From a virus: a stretch of DNA of 64,000 nucleotides. Positions 1 to 8,411 of this stretch are shown here, in pieces. Location of the stretch: positions 96,001-160,000 of the IMG/VR virus record IMGVR_UViG_3300032323_001800; one strand, given 5' to 3'. How positions within the stretch are numbered: position 1 is the stretch's first letter; the number at the start of each line of letters is the position of its first letter. A program made the translations under genes and the position numbers. The notes beneath the pieces are model-generated. The model ran no database searches and was not told where the DNA came from. It saw nothing but the letters and a program-made list of their open reading frames with translations.

Positions 1-1474
1 CCGAAGGTAGTGTCGCTACCTTAACTTGATTAGAATCAGCTGCTGCTTGTTGAGAGGCATCGGTACTGGCTTTTTCTTCTTTAAGGCCGGGACTAATTGC
101 GTTATAAAATGTGGTATCAAATCTTAAATTAAATTTTAAAAGATCGTTATTTGCACCAGTATAGATATAATTGTATTTCTTTGCAATTATTTTTTGTAAC
201 TCACCATACCCACTACCGGCTGCGTTAGGTTTTAGAAAAATACTCGAATGGACTTTGTACGGATAGACTTCATATATTACAATTTTTTGATAGTCACCTC
301 GAGATACATCGTATTCTTTTAATTGAATTTTGACATTGATTTTAAACCAGTCAATTAATCCTTTTCCGTCTGCCTTTTCTATAGCTTTTTTTCCGTACTC
401 ACTAGCTAAGATAACTTCTGTAATGATATCTACAATAGTTTGTCCTTGGCCAAACTGAAATGCTCTAGACTTAGGATCAATAGTTATTTGTGATGATCTA
501 ACCCGACCGTCTGGAGATACTACCTCTGATTCTTTTCCAAATGTGTAATTGCCGCCCCTTGTCATGTCAAATGCCATACTAGTTTCTGCTATAGGGTTAT
601 CACCTTTTGATTTTCCATCTAGTGTTGGAAATGTAATTACAAATGTATCTGCTAATGCCTGTTGAGCGTTTGCTGCCATTCTTTTACTTTCCTTTGTTAA
701 TGCCACTGACAATGAATTTTCTCCTGTGGAAAGTAACTCTTTAATTGTGCCGCCCTGTATTCTAATATCTGTCCAAACACTATTAATGATAGTGGTAAAT
801 CCCTTATGATTGTGGGGAGATAACTCCATTTTATATCTGCTACCGCCCTCATCAACATCAAAATCAATACCTATTAGTGTTACGCCGAATTGTCTAGTTA
901 GATTTTTTACTACAAAGCTATTTCCATTTTCATCAAACCCTAAAAAGTCTATCTGTATAAGATAAGGAGCATTATTCAGATAGTTAATATAGCCTGCATT
1001 TAAAGCAGCTACCTGCAGAGATTGTAGAAATAATCCCATACTATAAGGTTCATAAATTTCTAGAGTAAATCCAATAGCATTTGTATTTCCTAATTCTTTT
1101 CTTGGAGAAATAAGATTGGTCATCTTAAAGCTTTCTACAAAATATTCGGGTCGGAGACCCGGCTCTGCTAATACTCTTTCTTTATCATATCTGCCAGCAG
1201 ATGAAAATATAACATTTTTAAGAGATGCTGGATTATTTCTTAGCGTGATAGGGTTGTTATACTGCTCAGGATCTAATGCTGCCATCGTGAATAATGTAGT
1301 ATAAGACGCAAATTTTTCTAAAGGATTAGGAACAAGATTTGGAAAATTATAATCTCTAATTCTATTTGCGGTGACCACAACTGTATCAAGCCGCTGATTC
1401 CCATTCACATCAACAGTTGCTTTTTTTACTTCTCCTTCCACATTAACTGATGCGGAACCAACATTAACTGGCAT
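1..1474 (-). CDS. Putative baseplate hub / tail-associated protein, truncated by the window edge
   Basis: ATG at 1474 directly follows the stop of the gp53-like ORF. Translation begins MPVNVGSASVNVEGEVKKAT...VPNPLEKFASYTTLFTMAALDP; the frame was open wherever I read it, including the last codons at the edge. It is absent from the ORF track because no stop falls in the window. Function is inferred from baseplate context. Confidence 0.6.
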   Translation of the reverse strand, partial: MPVNVGSASVNVEGEVKKATVDVNGNQRLDTVVVTANRIRDYNFPNLVPNPLEKFASYTTLFTMAALDPEQYNNPITLRNNPASLKNVIFSSAGRYDKERVLAEPGLRPEYFVESFKMTNLISPRKELGNTNAIGFTLEIYEPYSMGLFLQSLQVAALNAGYINYLNNAPYLIQIDFLGFDENGNSFVVKNLTRQFGVTLIGIDFDVDEGGSRYKMELSPHNHKGFTTIINSVWTDIRIQGGTIKELLSTGENSLSVALTKESKRMAANAQQALADTFVITFPTLDGKSKGDNPIAETSMAFDMTRGGNYTFGKESEVVSPDGRVRSSQITIDPKSRAFQFGQGQTIVDIITEVILASEYGKKAIEKADGKGLIDWFKINVKIQLKEYDVSRGDYQKIVIYEVYPYKVHSSIFLKPNAAGSGYGELQKIIAKKYNYIYTGANNDLLKFNLRFDTTFYNAISPGLKEEKASTDASQQAAADSNQVKVATLPS

Positions 1475-1475
1475 A

Positions 1476-1775
1476 TTAATTTCCTAGATATTTGTTAAGG
1501 TTGCTTTGTTTTGGTATTTTAATTTTTTTACCTGGTTCAAAATCGTATATAGGATCTTTTAGTACATCCATATTTCGTTGAACAAATACCCACCATAATC
1601 TGGATGTTCCATACAGGTCGTATGCCAGTAGATCGGGGCGATGTCTATATTGAGGTTCAATTGTATATACAAAATCGTCAGCATCGGACGGGACCGGTCT
1701 AATTTCCAGCATTTCGAGATATAAACTATTCGACGCTGTGTTATACCAAGGACTAGTTGAACTATACTTTGCCAT
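1476..1775 (-). CDS. gp53: Baseplate wedge subunit, T4 gp53-like (LysM-like)
   Basis: Motif YTIEPQYRHRPDLLAYDLYGTSRLWWVF matches the RPDxxAxxxYGxxxxWW signature of gp53-like proteins. Confidence 0.75.
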   Translation of the reverse strand: MAKYSSTSPWYNTASNSLYLEMLEIRPVPSDADDFVYTIEPQYRHRPDLLAYDLYGTSRLWWVFVQRNMDVLKDPIYDFEPGKKIKIPKQSNLNKYLGN

Positions 1776-1776
1776 A

Positions 1777-2871
1777 TTACATCATTCCTTTTGATAGAGC
1801 GCCACCTTGGGCAAAATCTTGGAGGCTAAACGATCTTATTTTTTCTCTGCTATAGACAGGAGCCACTGTTACTGATATTGTGCTAACTGCAGGAACCCAT
1901 TGATTAGAATTATTAATAGATACATTAATATAATTTACATCTTCTGGCATTTCAACAGAATACGATTTAACCACAACCGGAACGTTATTAAAAATAAAAC
2001 TACCGTAACCGTTTAATCTACAAATAACCGGCGGGTTTCCTTGAAGGCCACCGCTGCCTGTTCCATAAAACATTTTAGTTGAAGTTTTTAAGAAGTGGGT
2101 GGCAGCAATCCAGTATCTAGCATCATCTTCAGTCTGCACTGAAAATTCTCCAGATATTTGAACATCATCGACTGCGCTGTTTTTATATGCTTGGAACGGA
2201 AAGTTTGAATGCACTGGGTCAATTGTAGAATAGTTTGCTTTGTATGCTATAGTCACTCTAGGAACAAATGGCCAGGCTACCCCGGATGTTTTTTTAAGCG
2301 GATCAAAAATAGTCGAAGAGGCTTCTAAAAACGGTGACGATATTCTTACACGCCAGTCTCGATCGTTAGTTGCTAACACTCTTGTTGAAGCAGTTTGCTG
2401 CATTAACTGACCGCCCTGAGGCAATGCCTTTGCTCTAGCGGCACTAACTGCATCATTGGCTTTACCGGCTGCTGCCGTGATTCCAGCTTGTGCTTCAGCG
2501 ATACCTGCTCCAATTTTTTTAGCAGCTCCTATTAATCCTAATCCTAATCCAATAGCACCTAACACTTTATCAATTCCTGAGGTGCCGCCTCTACCACCGG
2601 ATACTGCGCCCGATCCAGAAGATCCAGTAGCAGCGGTTGTTGCTACTGTATTAACACCAGTAGAATTATTATTTTGGTTGGGGGCTCCGTTAGCTATATA
2701 ATTAATGTTTGATCCCGGACCGCCGGATAAATTAGCAATTTTTTGATCTAGTTCAAATTGAGTAGTACCACCATAAGGTATATTTCCCCCTCCGTTAGCT
2801 TGGGAGATTGCATCAACAGTGGCCCACGAAGTACCGACATATTGAAAGTCTGGATTTGTTGGTAATGGCAT
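1777..2871 (-). CDS. Putative baseplate / tail-tube cap protein (gp48/gp54-like) with Gly-rich N-terminus
   Basis: The C-terminal half (DWRVRI...FPFQAYKNSAVDDVQISGEF...GNPPVICRLNGYG) is tube-initiator-like. SD AAAGGA and a TAAATA late promoter lie upstream. Confidence 0.5.
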   Translation of the reverse strand: MPLPTNPDFQYVGTSWATVDAISQANGGGNIPYGGTTQFELDQKIANLSGGPGSNINYIANGAPNQNNNSTGVNTVATTAATGSSGSGAVSGGRGGTSGIDKVLGAIGLGLGLIGAAKKIGAGIAEAQAGITAAAGKANDAVSAARAKALPQGGQLMQQTASTRVLATNDRDWRVRISSPFLEASSTIFDPLKKTSGVAWPFVPRVTIAYKANYSTIDPVHSNFPFQAYKNSAVDDVQISGEFSVQTEDDARYWIAATHFLKTSTKMFYGTGSGGLQGNPPVICRLNGYGSFIFNNVPVVVKSYSVEMPEDVNYINVSINNSNQWVPAVSTISVTVAPVYSREKIRSFSLQDFAQGGALSKGMM

Positions 2872-2888
2872 TTTGGTATCCTTTTTAC

Positions 2889-2894
2889 TATTTA
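2889..2894 (-). promoter_or_regulatory. Late promoter TAAATA for the baseplate operon
   Basis: TATTTA on the plus strand, 17 nt upstream of the ATG at 2871. Confidence 0.6.
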
Positions 2895-2940
2895 TTCGAC
2901 AAAAAATGTGCTATTATATTACTAATAGAGGAAAAAATTA

Positions 2941-3828
2941 ATGACGACATTAGTACAACCAAAAGTAAAATATCTAACAAATAAAGACCTTTTAAAAGAA
3001 ATACACAGAAGCAAAAACACATATTGTTCATACATACAAAAAGAGTACGGTGATTATGATCTCATTTTACCTAATTTAAGTAAAATCAATGTAAGAACAG
3101 TAGCCGAAGCTAAAAGAAATAGAGCAATATTAATGGGCAAACAAGCACATGCCCAAGCACAGCTTACAGATAAAAAAGCTTCAGCAAAAGATTTTGAAGT
3201 TGATTATAAAAAAGTTAATAAAAAAGATTTAATTTTTAGAATCATGACATTTGAACACATCCCGCTTGCTCCGGGTCGTAAAAAGACGTTAAAGAATACT
3301 GCAGACAGTCACGAAAAAGTAAATTTTCCTCCGTTCCAACATTGGAAGTTCGACGATAACGATAACCTTGTATGCGTGGGCAAAAGTCACTGGAAGGGCG
3401 ATTTATCAATTGGACAATTTAGCAAGGACCACGGTCAAATGACTAATGACCTAGCTAGGATGTTTATCAAACTATGCGAACGATATGCTACTAGAGGCAA
3501 CGTTCGAGGCTATACCTACAACGACGAAATGCGGGGACAAGCTATTTTACAACTAACTCAGATAGGACTACAATTTGATGAGAGCAAATCTAATAATCCT
3601 TTTGCTTACTATACTGCTGCTGTCACTAATTCATTCGTTAGAATTATCAACATTGAGAAACGCAATCAAAACATTCGAGACGACATTCTCGAAATGAATG
3701 GTATGAATCCAAGTTGGACTAGACAAAACAGCGGAGGGGGTGGGGCTGCATATCCTGCGTCTGGGGTTGATGCAAACTATGATGGTGGTGGTGGCGGTGG
3801 TGGCGGTGGCAGCATCGATTGGGATTGA
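2941..3828 (+). CDS. gp55: Late-transcription sigma factor, T4 gp55-like, with a large insertion
   Basis: YLTNKDLLKEI N-terminus, and LARMFIKLCERY...GYTYNDEM...FDESKSNNPFAYYTAAVTNSFVRIINIEK matching the gp55 core (NYTYxDEM, FDxxKSxNPFAYFT). It lies next to gp47/gp46 as in T4. Confidence 0.85.
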   Translation: MTTLVQPKVKYLTNKDLLKEIHRSKNTYCSYIQKEYGDYDLILPNLSKINVRTVAEAKRNRAILMGKQAHAQAQLTDKKASAKDFEVDYKKVNKKDLIFRIMTFEHIPLAPGRKKTLKNTADSHEKVNFPPFQHWKFDDNDNLVCVGKSHWKGDLSIGQFSKDHGQMTNDLARMFIKLCERYATRGNVRGYTYNDEMRGQAILQLTQIGLQFDESKSNNPFAYYTAAVTNSFVRIINIEKRNQNIRDDILEMNGMNPSWTRQNSGGGGAAYPASGVDANYDGGGGGGGGGSIDWD

Positions 3829-3853
3829 CCTTAACCTCTATAACTGTTATAAT
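3825..3853 (+). promoter_or_regulatory. Sigma70-type promoter for gp47/gp46
   Basis: TTGACC (3825-3830), 17-bp spacer, TATAAT (3848-3853). Confidence 0.8.
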
Positions 3854-3859
3854 AACTCT

Positions 3860-4870
3860 ATGAATCTATTCAAAAAAGCAGCATGTTTTACAGATATACA
3901 TTTTGGACTAAAGTCAGGCAGCAGAACACATAATACAGATTGTGAAGATTTTGTTAAATGGTTCTGCGATACTGCTCAGGCAGAAGGATGTGAAACTGCC
4001 ATATTTTTAGGCGACTGGCATCATAATCGTGCGACCACTGATGTCAGCACGATGAATTATACTGTTTCAAATTTAGAACGGTTAAGCCAGAGCTTTGAAA
4101 AAGTCTATTTCATATTAGGCAATCATGATTTGTTCTATAAAGACAAACGTGAAATTAACTCTATTGAGTTTATGCGACTATTTCCTAATGTTATTCCTAT
4201 TAAAGAAACACTCACAGAAGGTGATGTTACAATCATGCCTTGGTTAGTGGGTGAAGAATGGAAAAACATTCCTAACATTAAGAGTCGGTATATATTTGGT
4301 CATTTAGAATTGCCTAGCTTTTATATGAATGCTATGGTACAGATGCCAGATCACGGTCAATTGCAGAGCACACATTTTGTAAATCAAGAATATGTGTTTA
4401 GTGGCCACTTTCATAAACGCCAAACTGGTCGCAATATCACTTATATTGGTAATGCGTTTCCTCACAACTATGCCGATGCCGGTGACGATGATCGAGGCAT
4501 GATGATTCTAGACTGGGGCAAAGAACCAGAATATCGATCATGGCCTGATCAGCCTGTGTATAGAGTTTATAAACTTAGTCAAATTATTGATCAACCCGAT
4601 AAGCTACTTCGTGAAAAGATGCATTGTCGTGTTACTATCGATTTGCCTATCACGTTTGAAGAAGCAAACTTCATCAAAGAACAGTTTATTCCTCAATACA
4701 AACTACGTGAGCTCATGCTGATACCAGAGAAGGTAGAGGTTGAATCTAATGCGGTGTCTATCGACATTAACTTCGAATCAGTAGATACTATTGTTATGAA
4801 TCAGATCAACGCTATCGAAAGCGAAAATTACGATAAAAAAATGCTTTTGGATATCTATAAAGACTTATGA
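3860..4870 (+). CDS. gp47: Recombination endonuclease subunit, Mre11/SbcD-like
   Basis: Metallophosphoesterase motifs TDIHFG, FLGDWHH, ILGNHD, GHLE, SGHFH. Start moved from 3740 to the ATG at 3860, which avoids overlap with gp55 and lies downstream of the promoter. Confidence 0.93.
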   Translation: MNLFKKAACFTDIHFGLKSGSRTHNTDCEDFVKWFCDTAQAEGCETAIFLGDWHHNRATTDVSTMNYTVSNLERLSQSFEKVYFILGNHDLFYKDKREINSIEFMRLFPNVIPIKETLTEGDVTIMPWLVGEEWKNIPNIKSRYIFGHLELPSFYMNAMVQMPDHGQLQSTHFVNQEYVFSGHFHKRQTGRNITYIGNAFPHNYADAGDDDRGMMILDWGKEPEYRSWPDQPVYRVYKLSQIIDQPDKLLREKMHCRVTIDLPITFEEANFIKEQFIPQYKLRELMLIPEKVEVESNAVSIDINFESVDTIVMNQINAIESENYDKKMLLDIYKDL

Positions 4871-6645
4871 TTAAAATAAAAAATTTAACAGTTCGTAACT
4901 TCATGAGTGTGGGTAATCAAACCCAAGCAATTGACTTTGACAAAGGACAATTAACTCTAGTCTTAGGTGAGAACCTGGATCTAGGCGGTGACGATAGCGG
5001 AGCCCGTAATGGTACGGGTAAGACTACTATTATTAACGGCCTTAGCTACGCTATCTACGGCCAAGCATTGACGAACATTAAGCGTGATAACTTAATCAAT
5101 AAAATTAACAGCAAAGGCATGTTGGTTACTGTTACCTTTGAAAAAGACGGAGTTGAATATCACATTGAACGCGGTCGCAAACCTAATTTATTGAAGTTTA
5201 GTATTAACGGTCATGAGCAAGAGCTTAAGGATCTAGACGAATCACAAGGTGATAGTAGAGAAACACAAAAAGCCATTGACGAAATGATGGGCATGAGTCA
5301 CGAAATGTTCAAACATCTCGTAGCATTAAACACATATACCGAGCCGTTTCTATCAATGAAGGCTGCTGATCAACGTGCCATCATTGAACAACTTTTAGGT
5401 ATTACTCTTTTATCAGAAAAAGCCGATGCTCTTAAAGATTCTATTAAGATTTCTAAAGAAGCAATTGCCACTGAGAACACACGAATTGAAACTGTTAAAG
5501 TTAGTAACGAAAGAATACAGCAAAGTATCGACGCACTAATTAGAAAACAAAAGATTTGGGAAGATACTAAAGAGAAAGCTCTTGAAGATCTTAGAAAGAG
5601 TATTGATGTTTTAGAAACTATCGATATTGACAAAGAAGTTATCGCACAAAAAGCACTAGTTGAATGGAATAAAAATAAAAAAGAACATACTAATTTAACA
5701 TCTATGATTGCTAAACAAACAGCAACATTAGAAAAAGAACAAAAAAACTTAGAAAAGTTAGAAAAAGAATTAGTAAGTCTCGCCGATCATAAGTGTCATG
5801 CGTGTGGGCAGGATCTGCATGACACAAAACATGAAGATATGCTTGCTTCTAAAGTTAAACAAGTCGAAGAAACGGCAGAATCTGTCAAGGAACATTTAAC
5901 AGAACTTAACGCACTCAATGAAGCAGTATCGTTATTAGGCGAGTTGGGTGTATGTCCTAGTGTTACGTATGATAATTTAGAAGAAGCACTTAATCATAAA
6001 AATACATTAGCTGGTTTAGAAAAAGATCTTTCTATCAAAGAAGTAGAAACTAATCCATACGAAGAACAAATTACAGAACTCCAATCAACTGCTGTTCAAG
6101 AAATAGACTGGAACACAGTAAATGACTTAACCAAAGTAAAAGATCATCAAGAATTTTTATATAAACTGCTGACTAACAAAGATAGTTTCGTAAGAAAACG
6201 TATTATTGATCAAAACTTAGCATTCCTAAATCAAAGACTAACGTATTATCTTGATAAGATCGGGTTGCCGCATCTTGTTGAATTCCAAAACGATCTAAGT
6301 GTTATTATCACTCAGCTAGGACAAGATTTGGACTTTGATAATTTAAGTCGTGGCGAACGCAATAGATTAATTTTAAGTATGAGTTGGGCTTTCCGCGATG
6401 TGTGGGAAAATCTATATCATCCTATCAACTTGTTATTCATTGACGAATTAGTAGATAGCGGAATGGATGCTAGTGGTGTTGAATCAAGTATTGCCGTACT
6501 TAAAAAGATGACTAGAGAGCGAAATAAGAATGTATTTTTAATTAGCCATCGAGACGATTTAACAAGCAGGGTAAATCATGTGCTTAAAGTTATTAAAGAA
6601 AACGGATTTACTAGTTACTCTAACGATGTAGAGATTGTTGAATGA
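4867..6645 (+). CDS. gp46: Recombination ATPase subunit, Rad50/SbcC-like
   Basis: Walker A NGTGKTT, coiled coil with Zn-hook CHAC, signature LSRGE, Walker B LFIDE, H-loop ISH. Confidence 0.95.
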   Translation: MIKIKNLTVRNFMSVGNQTQAIDFDKGQLTLVLGENLDLGGDDSGARNGTGKTTIINGLSYAIYGQALTNIKRDNLINKINSKGMLVTVTFEKDGVEYHIERGRKPNLLKFSINGHEQELKDLDESQGDSRETQKAIDEMMGMSHEMFKHLVALNTYTEPFLSMKAADQRAIIEQLLGITLLSEKADALKDSIKISKEAIATENTRIETVKVSNERIQQSIDALIRKQKIWEDTKEKALEDLRKSIDVLETIDIDKEVIAQKALVEWNKNKKEHTNLTSMIAKQTATLEKEQKNLEKLEKELVSLADHKCHACGQDLHDTKHEDMLASKVKQVEETAESVKEHLTELNALNEAVSLLGELGVCPSVTYDNLEEALNHKNTLAGLEKDLSIKEVETNPYEEQITELQSTAVQEIDWNTVNDLTKVKDHQEFLYKLLTNKDSFVRKRIIDQNLAFLNQRLTYYLDKIGLPHLVEFQNDLSVIITQLGQDLDFDNLSRGERNRLILSMSWAFRDVWENLYHPINLLFIDELVDSGMDASGVESSIAVLKKMTRERNKNVFLISHRDDLTSRVNHVLKVIKENGFTSYSNDVEIVE

Positions 6646-7193
6646 AATATCAATACTATCTAATTTCAGATTTTTTAGATTGTGAAGAAATTAAAGAACT
6701 TAATCGAACATTAGAAAATAATGTTTCTAAAAATAATCAAGAAGTGCTGTTTGATGGAAACTATAAAAAAACTAGTGTTGTGTATTCTATACAACACAGC
6801 CATGTCTGGGATCAACTTGATAGATTTAGAAATATGATTCATTACACGAACAGAAATTATTTTGGATTAGATCTTTTTGAAATTTCAAAATATAGTACAG
6901 TAAATTATAATGTATATAATGGAGATGACTATGGTCAATATACATGGCATTCTGATGCTGAATTTAATCAATGTTATGACTTAAAATTAACTGCATTATT
7001 AAATTTATCAACTGAAGAGTTTTTAGGTGGTGATCTTATTTTATTTTTATCAGGCGAATATAAGATAGACGATTTTAATAAACCGGGATCATTATTAATT
7101 TTTCCAGCATGGACCCAACATAAAGTTACTCCCGTTACCAGTGGGGTTAGAAAAACGTTAAGTTTTTGGGCAGCAGGACCAAATTTGAAATGA
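6642..7193 (+). CDS. 2OG-Fe(II) oxygenase (PKHD/prolyl-hydroxylase-like)
   Basis: HxD (WHSD), KLTALLNL, GGDL, distal His (QHKVTPV) and 2OG-binding Arg (GVRKTL). Confidence 0.85.
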   Translation: MKYQYYLISDFLDCEEIKELNRTLENNVSKNNQEVLFDGNYKKTSVVYSIQHSHVWDQLDRFRNMIHYTNRNYFGLDLFEISKYSTVNYNVYNGDDYGQYTWHSDAEFNQCYDLKLTALLNLSTEEFLGGDLILFLSGEYKIDDFNKPGSLLIFPAWTQHKVTPVTSGVRKTLSFWAAGPNLK

Positions 7194-7426
7194 GCACGGA
7201 CAGTCACGATCGAATGATCAAAGCATTTCAAGAATATTTCAAATGGCAAGAGCGATTTGAATACAAAGGCTCAGACGAAGCAGGCATCAAGGCACGATAT
7301 TGGTTATCAGAAATACGTAACGAGGCATCAACTAGGCGTGTAGAAATACAAGATAAAAGAGAACAAAGAAAAGCAGCCAGAAAAGGCATACTAGGCAGAC
7401 CTCCCAAGGTAACTAAAGGTACATGA
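7190..7426 (+). CDS. Small basic hypothetical protein
   Basis: ATGA overlap with the upstream stop sets the start at 7190. It has a Lys/Arg-rich C-terminus and overlaps the next gene by 4 nt. Confidence 0.7.
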   Translation: MSTDSHDRMIKAFQEYFKWQERFEYKGSDEAGIKARYWLSEIRNEASTRRVEIQDKREQRKAARKGILGRPPKVTKGT

Positions 7427-7911
7427 CATGGATATATCAGAATCAAACTGTAGAAGAACTACCCGAAGAATGCGTGGGCTTCGTCTATGTCATTGTCAAT
7501 AATATCTCTGGTAGAAAATACATAGGCAAAAAATTAGCAAAGTTTGCAAAAACTACCTACAAAGTAGTCAAACTAAAGAACGGAACTAAGAAAAAGAAAA
7601 AAATTAGAGGCAAAATAGAAAGCGATTGGCGTGATTATTACGGTTCAAACATAGAACTTAATAAGGACGTTGAACAGCTAGGCAAAGAAAACTTCACCAG
7701 AGAAATCATCTATTACTGTAATTCTAAAGCAGAATGCAGTTACATCGAGGCAAGAGAACAATTTAATCGTAAAGTTTTAGAATCTAATGACTGGTACAAC
7801 GGTCATATACAGGTTCGAGTTCATGGCTCTCACATAATAAAATCCCAACTTTTAATAGAATCACAGACAGACCAAAGTACTACACAGGCTCAAGAGAAAA
7901 AGGCAAAATAA
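7423..7911 (+). CDS. GIY-YIG family endonuclease
   Basis: GFVY-x10-YIG motif, plus a downstream Glu helix (CSYIEAREQF) and YNG. Confidence 0.8.
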   Translation: MTWIYQNQTVEELPEECVGFVYVIVNNISGRKYIGKKLAKFAKTTYKVVKLKNGTKKKKKIRGKIESDWRDYYGSNIELNKDVEQLGKENFTREIIYYCNSKAECSYIEAREQFNRKVLESNDWYNGHIQVRVHGSHIIKSQLLIESQTDQSTTQAQEKKAK

Positions 7912-8375
7912 AGCGGTTTTTTGGCTTGCGCAGGCCTAAGTTCGTGCGCTCTAAACCTGGTCAATCGTGGTCACAGGGACGGAATTCCATGCCGCAATGG
8001 TACTCAGCAACTACCCATAATGGATGAAGATCGCTCAAAGCCTGCGATTGTGCTGTTTGAAAAGGAAAAACAAAGGTAAAATGAGGGGAGAGAAACCCCG
8101 GATTATTAGATCAGTTAGCGTTGATTTAATAATTGCCGTCATATAAAGACGCAGCTCGTGGTACAGGATGACCGCCACTGTAATGCTGTAACGCTAAGTG
8201 ATATTGTTCGACTCGGATAATGTTTTTATCTTTGCCCGGCCTGGGCAAAGTGTGACTGAACGATCTGGATAATACTTAAAATGCTTCGCATACTATAAGT
8301 ACATCAGTATTAAAGAAAGAAACAAAATGTGTTTGAGCGAAGCGATAAACACGAGTGAGCGTAAGCTCACTCTTA
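7912..8375 (+). ncRNA. Candidate large structured RNA, class unassigned
   Basis: ORF-free on the plus strand and densely paired. Stems at 8102-8133, 8230-8250 and 8353-8372 (GUAA loop); loop 8115-8122 is complementary to 8190-8197. Confidence 0.6.
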
Positions 8376-8378
8376 TAA

Positions 8379-8384
8379 TAAATA
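8379..8384 (+). promoter_or_regulatory. Late promoter TAAATA
   Basis: TAAATA 27 nt upstream of the ATG at 8412, with an AGGA SD between them. Confidence 0.55.
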
Positions 8385-8411
8385 AGACTATTATCTTGCA
8401 GGAAATATAAA

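Noticed and set aside
8200-8220. tRNA or tmRNA suggested by GTTCGACTC
   Set aside because: The T-stem pairs poorly, and there is no acceptor stem, anticodon arm or CCA end.
7423-8375. Group I intron carrying the GIY-YIG gene
   Set aside because: No interrupted host gene on either side, and no P7 GACUA/UAGUC-type core found.
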